Shown here one piece after another: positions 1 through 8,950 of a stretch of DNA of 43,029 bases; position 1 is the stretch's first letter, and every line of letters begins with the position of its first letter. Both the position numbers and the translations under genes were made by a program. The notes beneath the pieces are model-generated. The model was given only the letters and a program-made list of their open reading frames with translations. It did no database searches and was not told where the DNA came from. Origin of the DNA: Escherichia coli (GTDB lineage: Bacteria > Pseudomonadota > Gammaproteobacteria > Enterobacterales > Enterobacteriaceae); NCBI GenBank assembly GCA_033901515.1, contig GCA_033901515.1_4984.1; one strand, 5' to 3'.

Positions 1-77
1 AGTTCCCTAAAACCCTCCTACTCCTGTAACATCATTTCTTAATAGCTTTCGAATGAAAGTAAAGGTGAAGGGATAGC
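1..77. repeat. Terminal direct repeat, left copy (identical to 42953..43029)
   Basis: Bases 1-77 (agttccctaaaaccctcctactcctgtaacat...aaaggtgaagggatagc) are repeated exactly at 42953-43029; the match stops at the window edges. Confidence 0.9.
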
Positions 78-296
78 CAAAGAGATAGCGCCGGATAGCG
101 CTGGATAGTGGGAGTGCGCCCTAGTGGGGAGCGCGCAGCGTAGCATAGAATCGGCACAATGTAAAGCACTAGCGATAGCACCACGGCGCACTAGGCGGCC
201 CGCTATGGCCCACACTATGGCCCCACAATGCTGGCACTGGAAGCCCGCAATAGGCGCACAAAATAAGCAAGACGGAGCGCGTCCCCACGGCCCACC

Positions 297-329
297 TAGT
301 GCCTCCCTAGTGCCTCCCTAGTGCCCCTA
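297..329. repeat. Tandem 11-bp repeat (tagtgcctccc x2 plus a degenerate third unit)
   Basis: Direct reading of 297-329; non-coding terminal region. Confidence 0.8.
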
Positions 330-440
330 CAAGGAGCGCATAGCAATAGGCATAGGATAGCACCAGCGATAGCCATTAAGCCGCGCAGCGAGCTTCTGCG
401 GCCCTCCTGGTGCGCCCTAGGCGGCCATATAGACGTCCAG

Positions 441-464
441 CCATCTAGCCATCTAGCCATCCAG
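441..464. repeat. Tandem 9-bp repeat (ccatctagc x2.5)
   Basis: Direct reading of 441-464. Confidence 0.8.
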
Positions 465-470
465 ACGGCA

Positions 471-481
471 CCCCCCCCCCC
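471..481. repeat. Homopolymer C run of about 11 nt
   Basis: ggca-ccccccccccc-tcc at 467-484. Confidence 0.8.
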
Positions 482-602
482 TCCTTTATACGCTAGACAC
501 CCCCTATGGGGGCAATTGGGCGCGTTGAGGGTGAGGGAGGGCCTCGCGTGAGTTTAATAAATTTCAGGTCCAGGTATAGACGTGCACCCAGAGCCCCTAC
601 AG

Positions 603-643
603 GGATACCCATGGATACCCCAGTAGTTGCCTAGTAGTTGCCT
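603..643. repeat. Paired short direct repeats (ggataccc x2; agtagttgcct x2)
   Basis: Direct reading of 601-647, just downstream of the last gene on the minus strand. Confidence 0.7.
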
Positions 644-649
644 AGTGCT

Positions 650-2659
650 TTACGAGGTCTTCAATATACCAGCAGTACGCAGACTAGCCATGAGGTTGTT
701 CACAGCTACACTAGCTGCGTCTGTACCAGAGCTATTACTTACTGCTGCAGCAGCATTAGGGCCGATTGCAATGAATCCAGCAGGAGCATCAGAGGTGGGT
801 TTAGTAGTACTAGCACGAAGCTGCCCAGTGCTAGACATCCAAACGTAATAACCGTTAAGCCGAATGTAACCATCCCGGTAGTCTCCTCGGAATTCAATAC
901 CACCTTTCTGCACTGGACCAGCCCAGCCGGAACCTGCATCAATTGTACCACGAAGGCTGTTAGGTTCCATGAACGGATTCGTTACGTTGTTGCCCAGTTT
1001 AATGCTCGCACTAACAGTGCTACGGTCACAGCACCCATTCAGGATAACGAAGGAGTCCTGCTGCGCAATTTGCAGGGTGATGGCGCTACTGCTAGTACTA
1101 TCACTTTGAATGCTGATACGGTTGCCTGTTCCCAGGTTATAGATCTCCCCGGTAACTGGGTTGCGCGAGCCACCGCCAAGACGACCTGCAATATTAGCGC
1201 TTGCACCGGTACCTAAACCATCTGTGCGGATACTGAACACGGTACTATCACAGCCCAGAGCTGTGAAGCTCTTAACGTGGCAGTCCTTAACAGTACAGCG
1301 CACCAAATCCCGTAGCTCCATAGGCCAGCGCGGAGTAGTTACATCACACAGAGTAGTGCGGAAGCACCCTTGCAAGAACACCTGCGCTCCCACGATGTCC
1401 TTGAACATACTATCGGCAGCACCATAGAACCACACACCTCGTGTAACTGGGCTACGAGGCGCCTCACAAGTCACACCCTGCAGCTGCATGTCCCGGTTCC
1501 AGGAGTAGTACGGGGTATAAAAAGCATCTACGAACACAGCATAATCACCCTGGGTACCTGTAGCCACAGTGTTCGTAACGGTAAGGCCACGAATCTGTGC
1601 ACCTGGGCAGGACATAAACTTGATCGCGGCATTATCTGTAACCGCTACACTACCACCGGCTTTGATATCCTGGACACGCATACGCCCAAAACAGTAGCTG
1701 TGGTTGATCGTACTGGGCTCCTGTACACCGCGGGCGTAAATACCGGTACTAACCAGTCCGTAAGTAAAGGCATAGATTAGTCGATCAATCTCCATACCCC
1801 GGACTTCTGGGTACGCCGCCTGACGAATCTCTAGACGCTTAATTCGCCCACCACCGTGTACACTAGACCGCCCAATCCAGCCAGTCTTAACCAGCCAAGG
1901 GTTGATGTGTTCATAATACAGTGCCTGGTCTAGTACTAATGCAGTACTGCTTACACTCTCTACTCTCGCAAACTCCATGTACGCAGTGTGGGCCTCAACG
2001 GAATCAGTGCCAGAGATATTCTCAACACGAATTATATCGCCCGCTTTAAACATACCCTCGAAATTGCCAGGTATGCTGTAGGTCCCGGCACTGATTGTAT
2101 CTGACAGTTGCACAGCAGCTTCAAGTCTACGGAACACCGGAGAAGTATATGTGTACCTGGTGCCTGTAGCAATAGTTAGGGAACTACTGCTAGCAGCGGC
2201 TACAACTGCGAAATCCGTACCAATCGCGTTCCCACGCACAGCACTGCCGCCAATGGTATCGTCCAAACTGATAGCGATAACATCACCAGCTCTAAATCCT
2301 GAGAAGTCTCCGAGGAACTCTGTGGTGCCGACTGGAACATCCTCCCATCCTAGGGAGGTTGCTACAGAATAATCTGAGCTAAAGTGTTCACCCTGCAGCA
2401 CGAGCGTAAAGTCCAGAAATGCACCTGGCGCTACCTCTACGTCTACACCGTAATCCAGAGTGATCTTATCACTGGTGTAAGTGCCCTCAGAGAACTTACA
2501 AGGACAGTTGCGGGACTTTGCTGCAGCTAAAGCATCTATGATACACGCAGCGTTAGCACTAGAGGAATTATCAGGGTTATAGCCATACTGCTCTGGGGTA
2601 GTGAATCCTAAAGGATCCAGTACCGGTGCACCTGCTTTTACCATTTTAACTAAAGCCAT
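650..2659 (-). CDS. Second receptor-binding protein / tailspike (candidate depolymerase), terminal gene
   Basis: 669-aa ORF; ATG at 2657-2659 preceded by AAGGTGGGAG. Lacks the T7 gp17-like N-terminal anchor seen in the 6626..8950 ORF. Call rests on size and position after the lysis cassette. Confidence 0.55.
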   Translation of the reverse strand: MALVKMVKAGAPVLDPLGFTTPEQYGYNPDNSSSANAACIIDALAAAKSRNCPCKFSEGTYTSDKITLDYGVDVEVAPGAFLDFTLVLQGEHFSSDYSVATSLGWEDVPVGTTEFLGDFSGFRAGDVIAISLDDTIGGSAVRGNAIGTDFAVVAAASSSSLTIATGTRYTYTSPVFRRLEAAVQLSDTISAGTYSIPGNFEGMFKAGDIIRVENISGTDSVEAHTAYMEFARVESVSSTALVLDQALYYEHINPWLVKTGWIGRSSVHGGGRIKRLEIRQAAYPEVRGMEIDRLIYAFTYGLVSTGIYARGVQEPSTINHSYCFGRMRVQDIKAGGSVAVTDNAAIKFMSCPGAQIRGLTVTNTVATGTQGDYAVFVDAFYTPYYSWNRDMQLQGVTCEAPRSPVTRGVWFYGAADSMFKDIVGAQVFLQGCFRTTLCDVTTPRWPMELRDLVRCTVKDCHVKSFTALGCDSTVFSIRTDGLGTGASANIAGRLGGGSRNPVTGEIYNLGTGNRISIQSDSTSSSAITLQIAQQDSFVILNGCCDRSTVSASIKLGNNVTNPFMEPNSLRGTIDAGSGWAGPVQKGGIEFRGDYRDGYIRLNGYYVWMSSTGQLRASTTKPTSDAPAGFIAIGPNAAAAVSNSSGTDAASVAVNNLMASLRTAGILKTS

Positions 2660-3268
2660 TTAAGCTCCCACCTTATTGAGTGCAGCTACAGCTGCGTTAA
2701 CATCCTTGAACTGGTTCCCAATGGCCTTGCTCTGCCATTGCCTGCGTTCCCACAGACCCCAGCACACTCTATTGCGCTGTCCATTGATGTGCTGGGAGCA
2801 GTCGAAGGTCCAGCGATTACGGCCCTTGTATACCCAACCGGCCCCTGGGGACTTCTGTTGGTACTTGCTAATGTAGCGCCAGTCCAGTACAGCCTTTCCA
2901 GCCGCTACATAATCTAGGTTTTTGAGATGCCGCTTCACGGCACTGCCGTTGAAGCCTGCTACACCTACATTATAAATGAAGTCTACTGACCCAATTAGAG
3001 CCACGTCAGAGAGCTGCATAGGAAGCCCATCAAGGGCCCTTGCATGTGCCCCTGCTGATTCTATCAGTTGCTTCTGACAATCGCTCAGAGAGGCTCTCTG
3101 GCCCATTTTGACGCCTTTAGTCTCCCCATAGCAGATTGTAGGAATGCCTGCACTGTCTTTGTATGCTGTAAGGCTCAAACCTTCATTGTGTTGGACTACC
3201 TCAGTAATAGCTCCGCCGAGCATAGTAGCCCCGGCGAGTGCCGCTATAACCCTAGTCCTTAAACTCAT
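2660..3268 (-). CDS. SAR endolysin (GH24 / T4-lysozyme-type muramidase)
   Basis: 202 aa; N-terminal Gly/Ala-rich signal-anchor-release-type segment RVIAALAGATMLGGAIT; catalytic spacing E-x8-D-x5-T in HNEGLSLTAYKDSAGIPT. Confidence 0.8.
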   Translation of the reverse strand: MSLRTRVIAALAGATMLGGAITEVVQHNEGLSLTAYKDSAGIPTICYGETKGVKMGQRASLSDCQKQLIESAGAHARALDGLPMQLSDVALIGSVDFIYNVGVAGFNGSAVKRHLKNLDYVAAGKAVLDWRYISKYQQKSPGAGWVYKGRNRWTFDCSQHINGQRNRVCWGLWERRQWQSKAIGNQFKDVNAAVAALNKVGA

Positions 3269-3503
3269 ATTTAATCGCCCCCTTACGTGCGTGCTCTTCT
3301 AGGAGCTTGTATGTGCGTCGTTTATAATATGCATTCCACGCCAGGGTTAGCACTGCGCATACCGTCGCAGTGATAAAGCTGATAACACTCCAGTTCCAGC
3401 TCATTAACTCCGCCAACCAGCCTCCTGAGACTGTAGCACCAGTAACAGCCGCCCCTGCCCGGGTAGCGAGGTCTGCCCCAACTCCATCTCCCACTTTAAT
3501 CAT
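3252..3503 (-). CDS. Holin-like small membrane protein (possibly pinholin-type)
   Basis: 83 aa; hydrophobic segment WSVISFITATVCAVLTLAW plus a weakly hydrophobic Gly/Ala-rich N-terminal segment; basic C-terminus; overlaps the spanin stop and endolysin start. Confidence 0.55.
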   Translation of the reverse strand: MIKVGDGVGADLATRAGAAVTGATVSGGWLAELMSWNWSVISFITATVCAVLTLAWNAYYKRRTYKLLEEHARKGAIKYEFKD

Positions 3504-3900
3504 CCTGCTGACCCTTCTTCCTAAACAGCTTACGAATCACCAGAATGGTCACTAGGAAGACCAAAGGAATGCTGGCCCCTGCTAATCCGGCGAGGATAAG
3601 GCTGTAACTATCATTGTTAACCACTTGTAGGCGCTCTGCCTGGATTGTGCCGGTACTAATAGTCTGCACTTGCTTCTTGCTAGAAGTATCCAGGGTACCC
3701 ACGTTAGAATCCTGTACATCAGTTTTGTTGGTGGTGCTGGAGTCCACCTTATTATTTAACCCAAGCATCTGCTTAGTATTCTCAGCACCCACCTGTGCAG
3801 ATACTTCCGGCTTAGAACCAACTAAGCCGGTAAGTGCAGAGGTCGCTGAGCAACCAGTCAGAGTAGCCACGAGTAGTAACCCAGCGACCAGCTTACGCAT
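3496..3900 (-). CDS. Unimolecular spanin (u-spanin)
   Basis: 134 aa; N-terminal lipoprotein signal with lipobox LTGC (MRKLVAGLLLVATLTGC) and C-terminal TM helix LILAGLAGASIPLVFLVTILVI followed by RKLFRKK. Confidence 0.7.
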   Translation of the reverse strand: MRKLVAGLLLVATLTGCSATSALTGLVGSKPEVSAQVGAENTKQMLGLNNKVDSSTTNKTDVQDSNVGTLDTSSKKQVQTISTGTIQAERLQVVNNDSYSLILAGLAGASIPLVFLVTILVIRKLFRKKGQQDD

Positions 3901-4082
3901 TAGCTAGCAGCCTTCACAGCGGTAATAGCTGTTTCTAAGGCAGCAATCTTGGCGTCGAAGGCGGCACCAGTCTGGGCTACGTCCTGTGGTTGTGTAAGGA
4001 TAACATACAGATCCTTACCTAGAATATTCAGCTGACGCAGTAGCTCCTGCTGTTGTGCTTGAGTTGCCTTTGCAATTGCCAT
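3900..4082 (-). CDS. Hypothetical protein (60 aa, Ala/Gln-rich, predicted helical)
   Basis: ATG at 4080-4082 with RBS AAGGAG; tightly packed between neighbours. Confidence 0.45.
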   Translation of the reverse strand: MAIAKATQAQQQELLRQLNILGKDLYVILTQPQDVAQTGAAFDAKIAALETAITAVKAAS

Positions 4083-4093
4083 GTGTACTCTCC

Positions 4094-4468
4094 TTATTCT
4101 TCCGCATCAGTAGCGACTACGAACGCACTTTGCAGTGCAGTGAATGATGTATCAAATGCCGTACCAGAGCCTTCACCTAGTGGCATACCTGTACCCGTAA
4201 GGGCAACGTAGCCAGTCTTCGAGAGCTGCGATAGCATGCTGAATAGGCGCGCCTGCAACGTCCCATCAGCCTTAAAGGCTGTGCCGGCGCGGGTGGCCGT
4301 ATAACCCTGGGATTGCATGTACGTAAAGAACGTATTCAGTGTGTCCAGAGCCGCAGTGCCGACAAAACCCACGTTGTAATCCGGAGATACTTGCTTTTCC
4401 AGATTCTGGGCCTTACCCACAATCTCATACTGTACATCTACAGCTTTAGCCGCGATGATTGATGCCAT
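4094..4468 (-). CDS. Hypothetical protein (124 aa)
   Basis: ATG overlaps the large terminase stop (TAATG); no recognisable motif. Confidence 0.5.
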   Translation of the reverse strand: MASIIAAKAVDVQYEIVGKAQNLEKQVSPDYNVGFVGTAALDTLNTFFTYMQSQGYTATRAGTAFKADGTLQARLFSMLSQLSKTGYVALTGTGMPLGEGSGTAFDTSFTALQSAFVVATDAEE

Positions 4469-6324
4469 TATCTTCTTCCTCTATGTTGTTTACCTCTGCC
4501 CCGGTTCTGCAACCGAGCCGCTACACCGCGAAGTCCCTTAGACAATTTGCTCTGTGCCCAATCTAGCGGGTTCTCAATGAAGGCCAGGGCCATCTTCTCG
4601 GACTCACGCTCAGCTACTACTTTCTCGTCTTCTACCAGGTGCCCATTCAGCACTGCCACCATCATAGCGATGGCGTCTGCCCGGTCATCCTTCGCTAGAC
4701 TTCCCCGGTCGTACGTAATACCTGCGAGCTGTGCGAACGCAGAGTATAACCATCGACGGTCTCGGGAGTAGAGCATACAAGTCCCGATATCATCTTGAAT
4801 AGCACGCTCATGCACCACCAGGCGATGTCGTCGAGTTACAGGGCTGATTGTGTCAATAATACGACGCTCTTTCTGCGTGGTGTTGTTGATATCGCGTACA
4901 CCGATACCGGCAAGGCGACGCTCCCTCAGGCGGTTCAGAATCAACATGGACACAGTACCGTGCCCCATGTTGCTCTCCACCACCATGTCAGAGATATCCA
5001 ACTCTACGCACAAATCAATGAGCTTATCAATATTCTCAGTGCTTACGCCTCCTTGGAAACCCCCAACGGAGAATAAGTGAATGTATGAGTTTGCAGCCCC
5101 ACCAGCAGCGTAGGACACTTCATCCCCACCACAACCCGCTGGGTCCACCACTAGCACCTTATGCTGATACGGTAGATGCATATCCCCATAGAATGCCGGA
5201 GAGTACATCTGCTGACCCATAATCCCCTCATGCTCGTGCTGGTACAAGTACCGACGGTCTGCGATGTAGGAGAAGGTCTCAGGTGAGGAATCTAGGCTAC
5301 CGGAGTACACAAGCATATCCGACAACTTGATACGGGTGCGCATCTGGTCAGACAAGGTTGTGTCGAGCATGTACTGCAGCTGGAAGCCCTCTGGGCCGAA
5401 GTCCAGCTCCTTCTCAATCAGCGCATCCTCGTCATAGCGACCGGTGTCTGTGCTCTCACCTAGTGTCCCGTCTACTCCGAACCCGGTACGTTTATAACCC
5501 CGCTCAATGAGCTGCAGTATATAAGGAGCAAGTGTACTTCCATATCGTTCTTCCATTTCAACTGACGGGATGCGCCCAGGCCACACTCGGACCTCGAAAC
5601 CACGCCCCGGCAGGGTTTTATAGATACTGTCCTTGGTCTGCGGTGTACCCAGGTACAGCGTATCCCCATGCGTACAGATAGCTGCGAAGTCTTTTGAAAT
5701 CATCAGCAACTGCTCACGCTGGGTTTGTGTCAAACCATTCTTAGTAGTCTCGATATCGTCTGGAATCAAGAGGTCAGCACGCTTACCTTGCAGGGATGCA
5801 GTGATACCGACACAGGCGACACTAGCAGACTTATCCAGCGGTTTCAGATCACAGTTGACATCATAACCTTCGAATGAAGTACGGTCCCCTCGAGTAGGGT
5901 CCGCCTTCAAGTAGCACAGTAGCGGCCAGGTTTCCAGCATACGAATGATTAAGTTCGCAACGTCGGACGCCTGTTTCTCCGCACCAGATACTATCAGTAT
6001 ACGGCAGGATTGGTCCTGGATGAGCCGCCAGACAGCATACAGCGCAGCCAGTGTAGACTTAGCTTCACCACGCTGTGCGGCTACCATGCGCTTCCTGGGA
6101 CCCTTCTGCATATACTCTGCGATATCGGCTTGCATGTCCGTCAGCGTAAAGCCCAAGAAGCGCATACCTATATATGCGAACTCCCTAAAATTGCTGAGGG
6201 TAGCCGCCATCATCATGGCGATATCCTCGCGCTCCTCTTTGGGAATACTGCGCGGATTCGCACTATAACCAGTAAGTTTCTGGTTGAGCATGCGCAGTCT
6301 TCGCGCAGTCTTCGCCGATACCAT
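4468..6324 (-). CDS. Terminase large subunit (DNA maturase B)
   Basis: 618 aa; deviant Walker A-like AAQRGEAKST; size and position after the small terminase match T7 gp19. Confidence 0.8.
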   Translation of the reverse strand: MVSAKTARRLRMLNQKLTGYSANPRSIPKEEREDIAMMMAATLSNFREFAYIGMRFLGFTLTDMQADIAEYMQKGPRKRMVAAQRGEAKSTLAALYAVWRLIQDQSCRILIVSGAEKQASDVANLIIRMLETWPLLCYLKADPTRGDRTSFEGYDVNCDLKPLDKSASVACVGITASLQGKRADLLIPDDIETTKNGLTQTQREQLLMISKDFAAICTHGDTLYLGTPQTKDSIYKTLPGRGFEVRVWPGRIPSVEMEERYGSTLAPYILQLIERGYKRTGFGVDGTLGESTDTGRYDEDALIEKELDFGPEGFQLQYMLDTTLSDQMRTRIKLSDMLVYSGSLDSSPETFSYIADRRYLYQHEHEGIMGQQMYSPAFYGDMHLPYQHKVLVVDPAGCGGDEVSYAAGGAANSYIHLFSVGGFQGGVSTENIDKLIDLCVELDISDMVVESNMGHGTVSMLILNRLRERRLAGIGVRDINNTTQKERRIIDTISPVTRRHRLVVHERAIQDDIGTCMLYSRDRRWLYSAFAQLAGITYDRGSLAKDDRADAIAMMVAVLNGHLVEDEKVVAERESEKMALAFIENPLDWAQSKLSKGLRGVAARLQNRGRGKQHRGRR

Positions 6325-6626
6325 TAGACAATTCCTTCTAGTAAGTCCTCAGAGTCTGAATCACTAATCTTGTTTAAAATCTCTTTCTTACGCGCCTCTC
6401 TGCGCGCCGCTAGTTCGTCATCAAATTCGTCGCGAAGGTCCTGCATCTCCTCGGAATCTGCATCCGCGGTGATATCATTATCCTTCAAGAACTTAGCAAT
6501 GACTGATTTATCTGCGGCGGGGAGCGGCACCTCGTCTTTTTTGGACTGCTTGATTTCTTCAATCAAGGCCTCAGTGAACATGCGGTGCAGCTCCGAGAGG
6601 CGACTGCGTTTAGCCGCCCCTGCCAT
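6324..6626 (-). CDS. Terminase small subunit (DNA maturase A)
   Basis: Tool ORF starts at TTG 6641. I prefer ATG 6624-6626 (RBS GGGGGA, overlaps tail-fiber stop as TAATG), giving about 100 aa with an acidic C-terminus. Position as T7 gp18. Confidence 0.6.
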   Translation of the reverse strand: MAGAAKRSRLSELHRMFTEALIEEIKQSKKDEVPLPAADKSVIAKFLKDNDITADADSEEMQDLRDEFDDELAARREARKKEILNKISDSDSEDLLEGIV

Positions 6627-8950
6627 TATATAGTCCCCCAAGCTTGTCTGTATACAGCGTAATGCAACGCACTATTTAGTAGGGATGTATAGTCCCCCGC
6701 TACGAACGCCTGACTAGCCTCATCCCACTTACGTACCACAGAGTAAGATGCAGCAACGCTGTGAACTTTATAGTAAGCACCTCCTACTAAAATAAACTCC
6801 CCAGCACTTAGTCCGGACGATCCCAATGCTATAACCGTCTCGTTTGCAACTATGCTGTTATATAGAGAGTAGGCTGGACCCCAACCGCTATTGGATGGAA
6901 GGGTCCCTTCCCCGCGTACGAAATTATCCTCCCCTACTGTAGCGGAGTACATGCAGTATGGCGCCTCTGCCTTAAACCTATAGAACCGGGTATTGCCACT
7001 GGATGGGTACCCCCTAGGCGTAGTATTGTATGGGATGCCGTTTGTTTGCACTCCCCGATAATATTGGCGCTCCATATAAGAGTAAACACAGCCATTTGAG
7101 GTCTTAGGCACATACAGGAAGCACCTACCGATATTCTCGTGTGTGTTCCTGCCTATATGTACATAAATCATCCCCCCGGTAGTCGCAATAGAATCTATAC
7201 AGTTACTGAACATGTTTGAGTCAATGTTGCAGTAACCGACAGCGTTCTTCATCCGTACACCTTGGCTTGAGGTCGAGGACGCCCCAATAAATGTATTAGA
7301 TTTAACGTTGACTTGATACGCAGCTGTGTTTATACGGTTTAAGAATACCCCCGAGTTTGAAAACATTTCGAACCTGCAGCCTACTACGTCTGCGTTACCG
7401 CAAGACTCTAGAAACACCCCCACGGATACGTTGCGAGCCACTACTCCGCTGATTACTACACTATTCGCATAGCCTTGAGTAGTGGATGAGCCCTCATTCC
7501 CGAAGATATCTATAGCATTGTCCGTAATATTCTGTAGGATACAATCTGATATGACTGCACCATCTGGACGCTCACACTGTATTCCTATGTACCCAGTGTT
7601 AGTCACTACACAACCACGCACTGTCAGATTAGAGCACCCATAGGTGCCTGCACCTGCCCGCCTAAAGTAGAGGCCCCCGGAAGGACTACTAAGTACGCGC
7701 ACGCCTTCACACACCACGTTAGTGGAGTCGAGTATATTAACGCACGTAATACCAGTACCAGCATTCTGTGCAACGTTACCGTCGAAGGTTATATTTGAGA
7801 TTGTGACAGAATCCGCACTGCCGTCCCAGTTGGTCAATATAGCCCCAGAAGAAGTTCCGCCAACACCGCCATTCAGGGTTATAGTCCCCCCACCGGTGAG
7901 AGTCACCCCAGAGCGTATATTTAGGGCGGACCGACCAGCAGATAGCTCACCAGCAACCGCCAAACTGTTAGAGTTTAGGGATACACGGTAATGCCCGGTG
8001 GCTAGCACCGTAGTAGGACCTGAACCTCTAACAGCATTAATATGTGCAGCATCCAGGGCAGCCTGCAAAGCCATACGCCAATCCCCGGTACTATCCGCAT
8101 AGGCTTCTGGATAGATGAATGGTACTCCACCTAAGTAGTTAAATCCATTATCCGAACTTAGCAGCCCTAAAATACTTGCAACTGCACCTGTGTCAACATC
8201 GGTATCTACACCAATAGTCATATCTACTAAGGTGCCTGCTGGTACAGTTTCTGCGAACGTCACTGTGCCGTTACGGATACTATAAGAATAGCCCGCGGTC
8301 TGAGTTACTCCATTTAACCTAATCTTAGCCTTAGTAAATGGTACTCCTGGGGTAATGGTGTTCGTGTCAGCTGGCACTACAGTCCACCACGGGAAGCTAT
8401 TAGTGTTAGCATTGAAGAACGTCTGCTCTAGGTTGGTAGTGCGTATATCCAGAGCGTCATCTGCAGCTTTGCGAGCAGCTGCCTCTGCGTCAATACGCGC
8501 GTCCAGGCGAGCATCCCCGGCATCAACATACTGCTTATTAGCAGCGTCGCGTGCATCCACAGGGTCACCCAGGTTAGTGATGCGGTAACGGTGCATGTTA
8601 ATATCGCCATAGAAACCCTCGATAGAGCGCCCTTCAACCAGCTCTTGAGCCAGGTGCAGGAACTGCGTATTCTGGGTATCTACGTTACCTTCAATGAACG
8701 GGGCACCACTAGCAAATTCAATGTAGAGGTACTCTCGTGCAGTCTTACGAATAAGAAGCACCACTGTCTCTGCAGACAGTGGGGAGTTCAGACGAATGTT
8801 GGTGGAGCTGGTCCAAGTGAAGGCTGTAGTCTCAGAACCATCTAAGTAAACGTGAATATAAGATTTATCCAGGTACTCGATATCACACTGGATATCCCGA
8901 GTACCTGTAGGCTTTACCGACTCTTGCCAGCTGTATGCCATATTAATCAT
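6626..8950 (-). CDS. Tail fiber / tailspike with T7 gp17-like N-terminal anchor and beta-helix-like body
   Basis: 774 aa; N-terminus (DIEYLDKSYIHVYLDG ... HRYRITNLGDPVDARDAANKQYVD) resembles the T7 gp17 N-terminal tail-attachment domain from memory; remainder is Gly/Ser/Thr/Asn-rich repeats (NITFDGNVAQNAG ...). Confidence 0.75.
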   Translation of the reverse strand: MINMAYSWQESVKPTGTRDIQCDIEYLDKSYIHVYLDGSETTAFTWTSSTNIRLNSPLSAETVVLLIRKTAREYLYIEFASGAPFIEGNVDTQNTQFLHLAQELVEGRSIEGFYGDINMHRYRITNLGDPVDARDAANKQYVDAGDARLDARIDAEAAARKAADDALDIRTTNLEQTFFNANTNSFPWWTVVPADTNTITPGVPFTKAKIRLNGVTQTAGYSYSIRNGTVTFAETVPAGTLVDMTIGVDTDVDTGAVASILGLLSSDNGFNYLGGVPFIYPEAYADSTGDWRMALQAALDAAHINAVRGSGPTTVLATGHYRVSLNSNSLAVAGELSAGRSALNIRSGVTLTGGGTITLNGGVGGTSSGAILTNWDGSADSVTISNITFDGNVAQNAGTGITCVNILDSTNVVCEGVRVLSSPSGGLYFRRAGAGTYGCSNLTVRGCVVTNTGYIGIQCERPDGAVISDCILQNITDNAIDIFGNEGSSTTQGYANSVVISGVVARNVSVGVFLESCGNADVVGCRFEMFSNSGVFLNRINTAAYQVNVKSNTFIGASSTSSQGVRMKNAVGYCNIDSNMFSNCIDSIATTGGMIYVHIGRNTHENIGRCFLYVPKTSNGCVYSYMERQYYRGVQTNGIPYNTTPRGYPSSGNTRFYRFKAEAPYCMYSATVGEDNFVRGEGTLPSNSGWGPAYSLYNSIVANETVIALGSSGLSAGEFILVGGAYYKVHSVAASYSVVRKWDEASQAFVAGDYTSLLNSALHYAVYRQAWGTI

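Noticed and set aside
297-464. Possible CRISPR array in the terminal tandem repeats
   Set aside because: Units are 9-11 bp, directly tandem with no spacers, and only 2-3 copies; not CRISPR-like.
124-551. Plus-strand ORFs 124..321 and 321..551 in the terminal region
   Set aside because: They fall in the repeat-rich non-coding terminus and their translations are repeat-driven (Pro/Ala/Arg-rich); no RBS.
638-1216. Plus-strand ORFs from the six-frame track (for example 638..1216, 16323..16952, 19448..20101, 31538..32185)
   Set aside because: All lie antisense to long minus-strand genes with strong functional signatures, lack convincing ribosome-binding sites and have low-complexity, Arg/Ser/Cys-rich translations typical of antisense frames.
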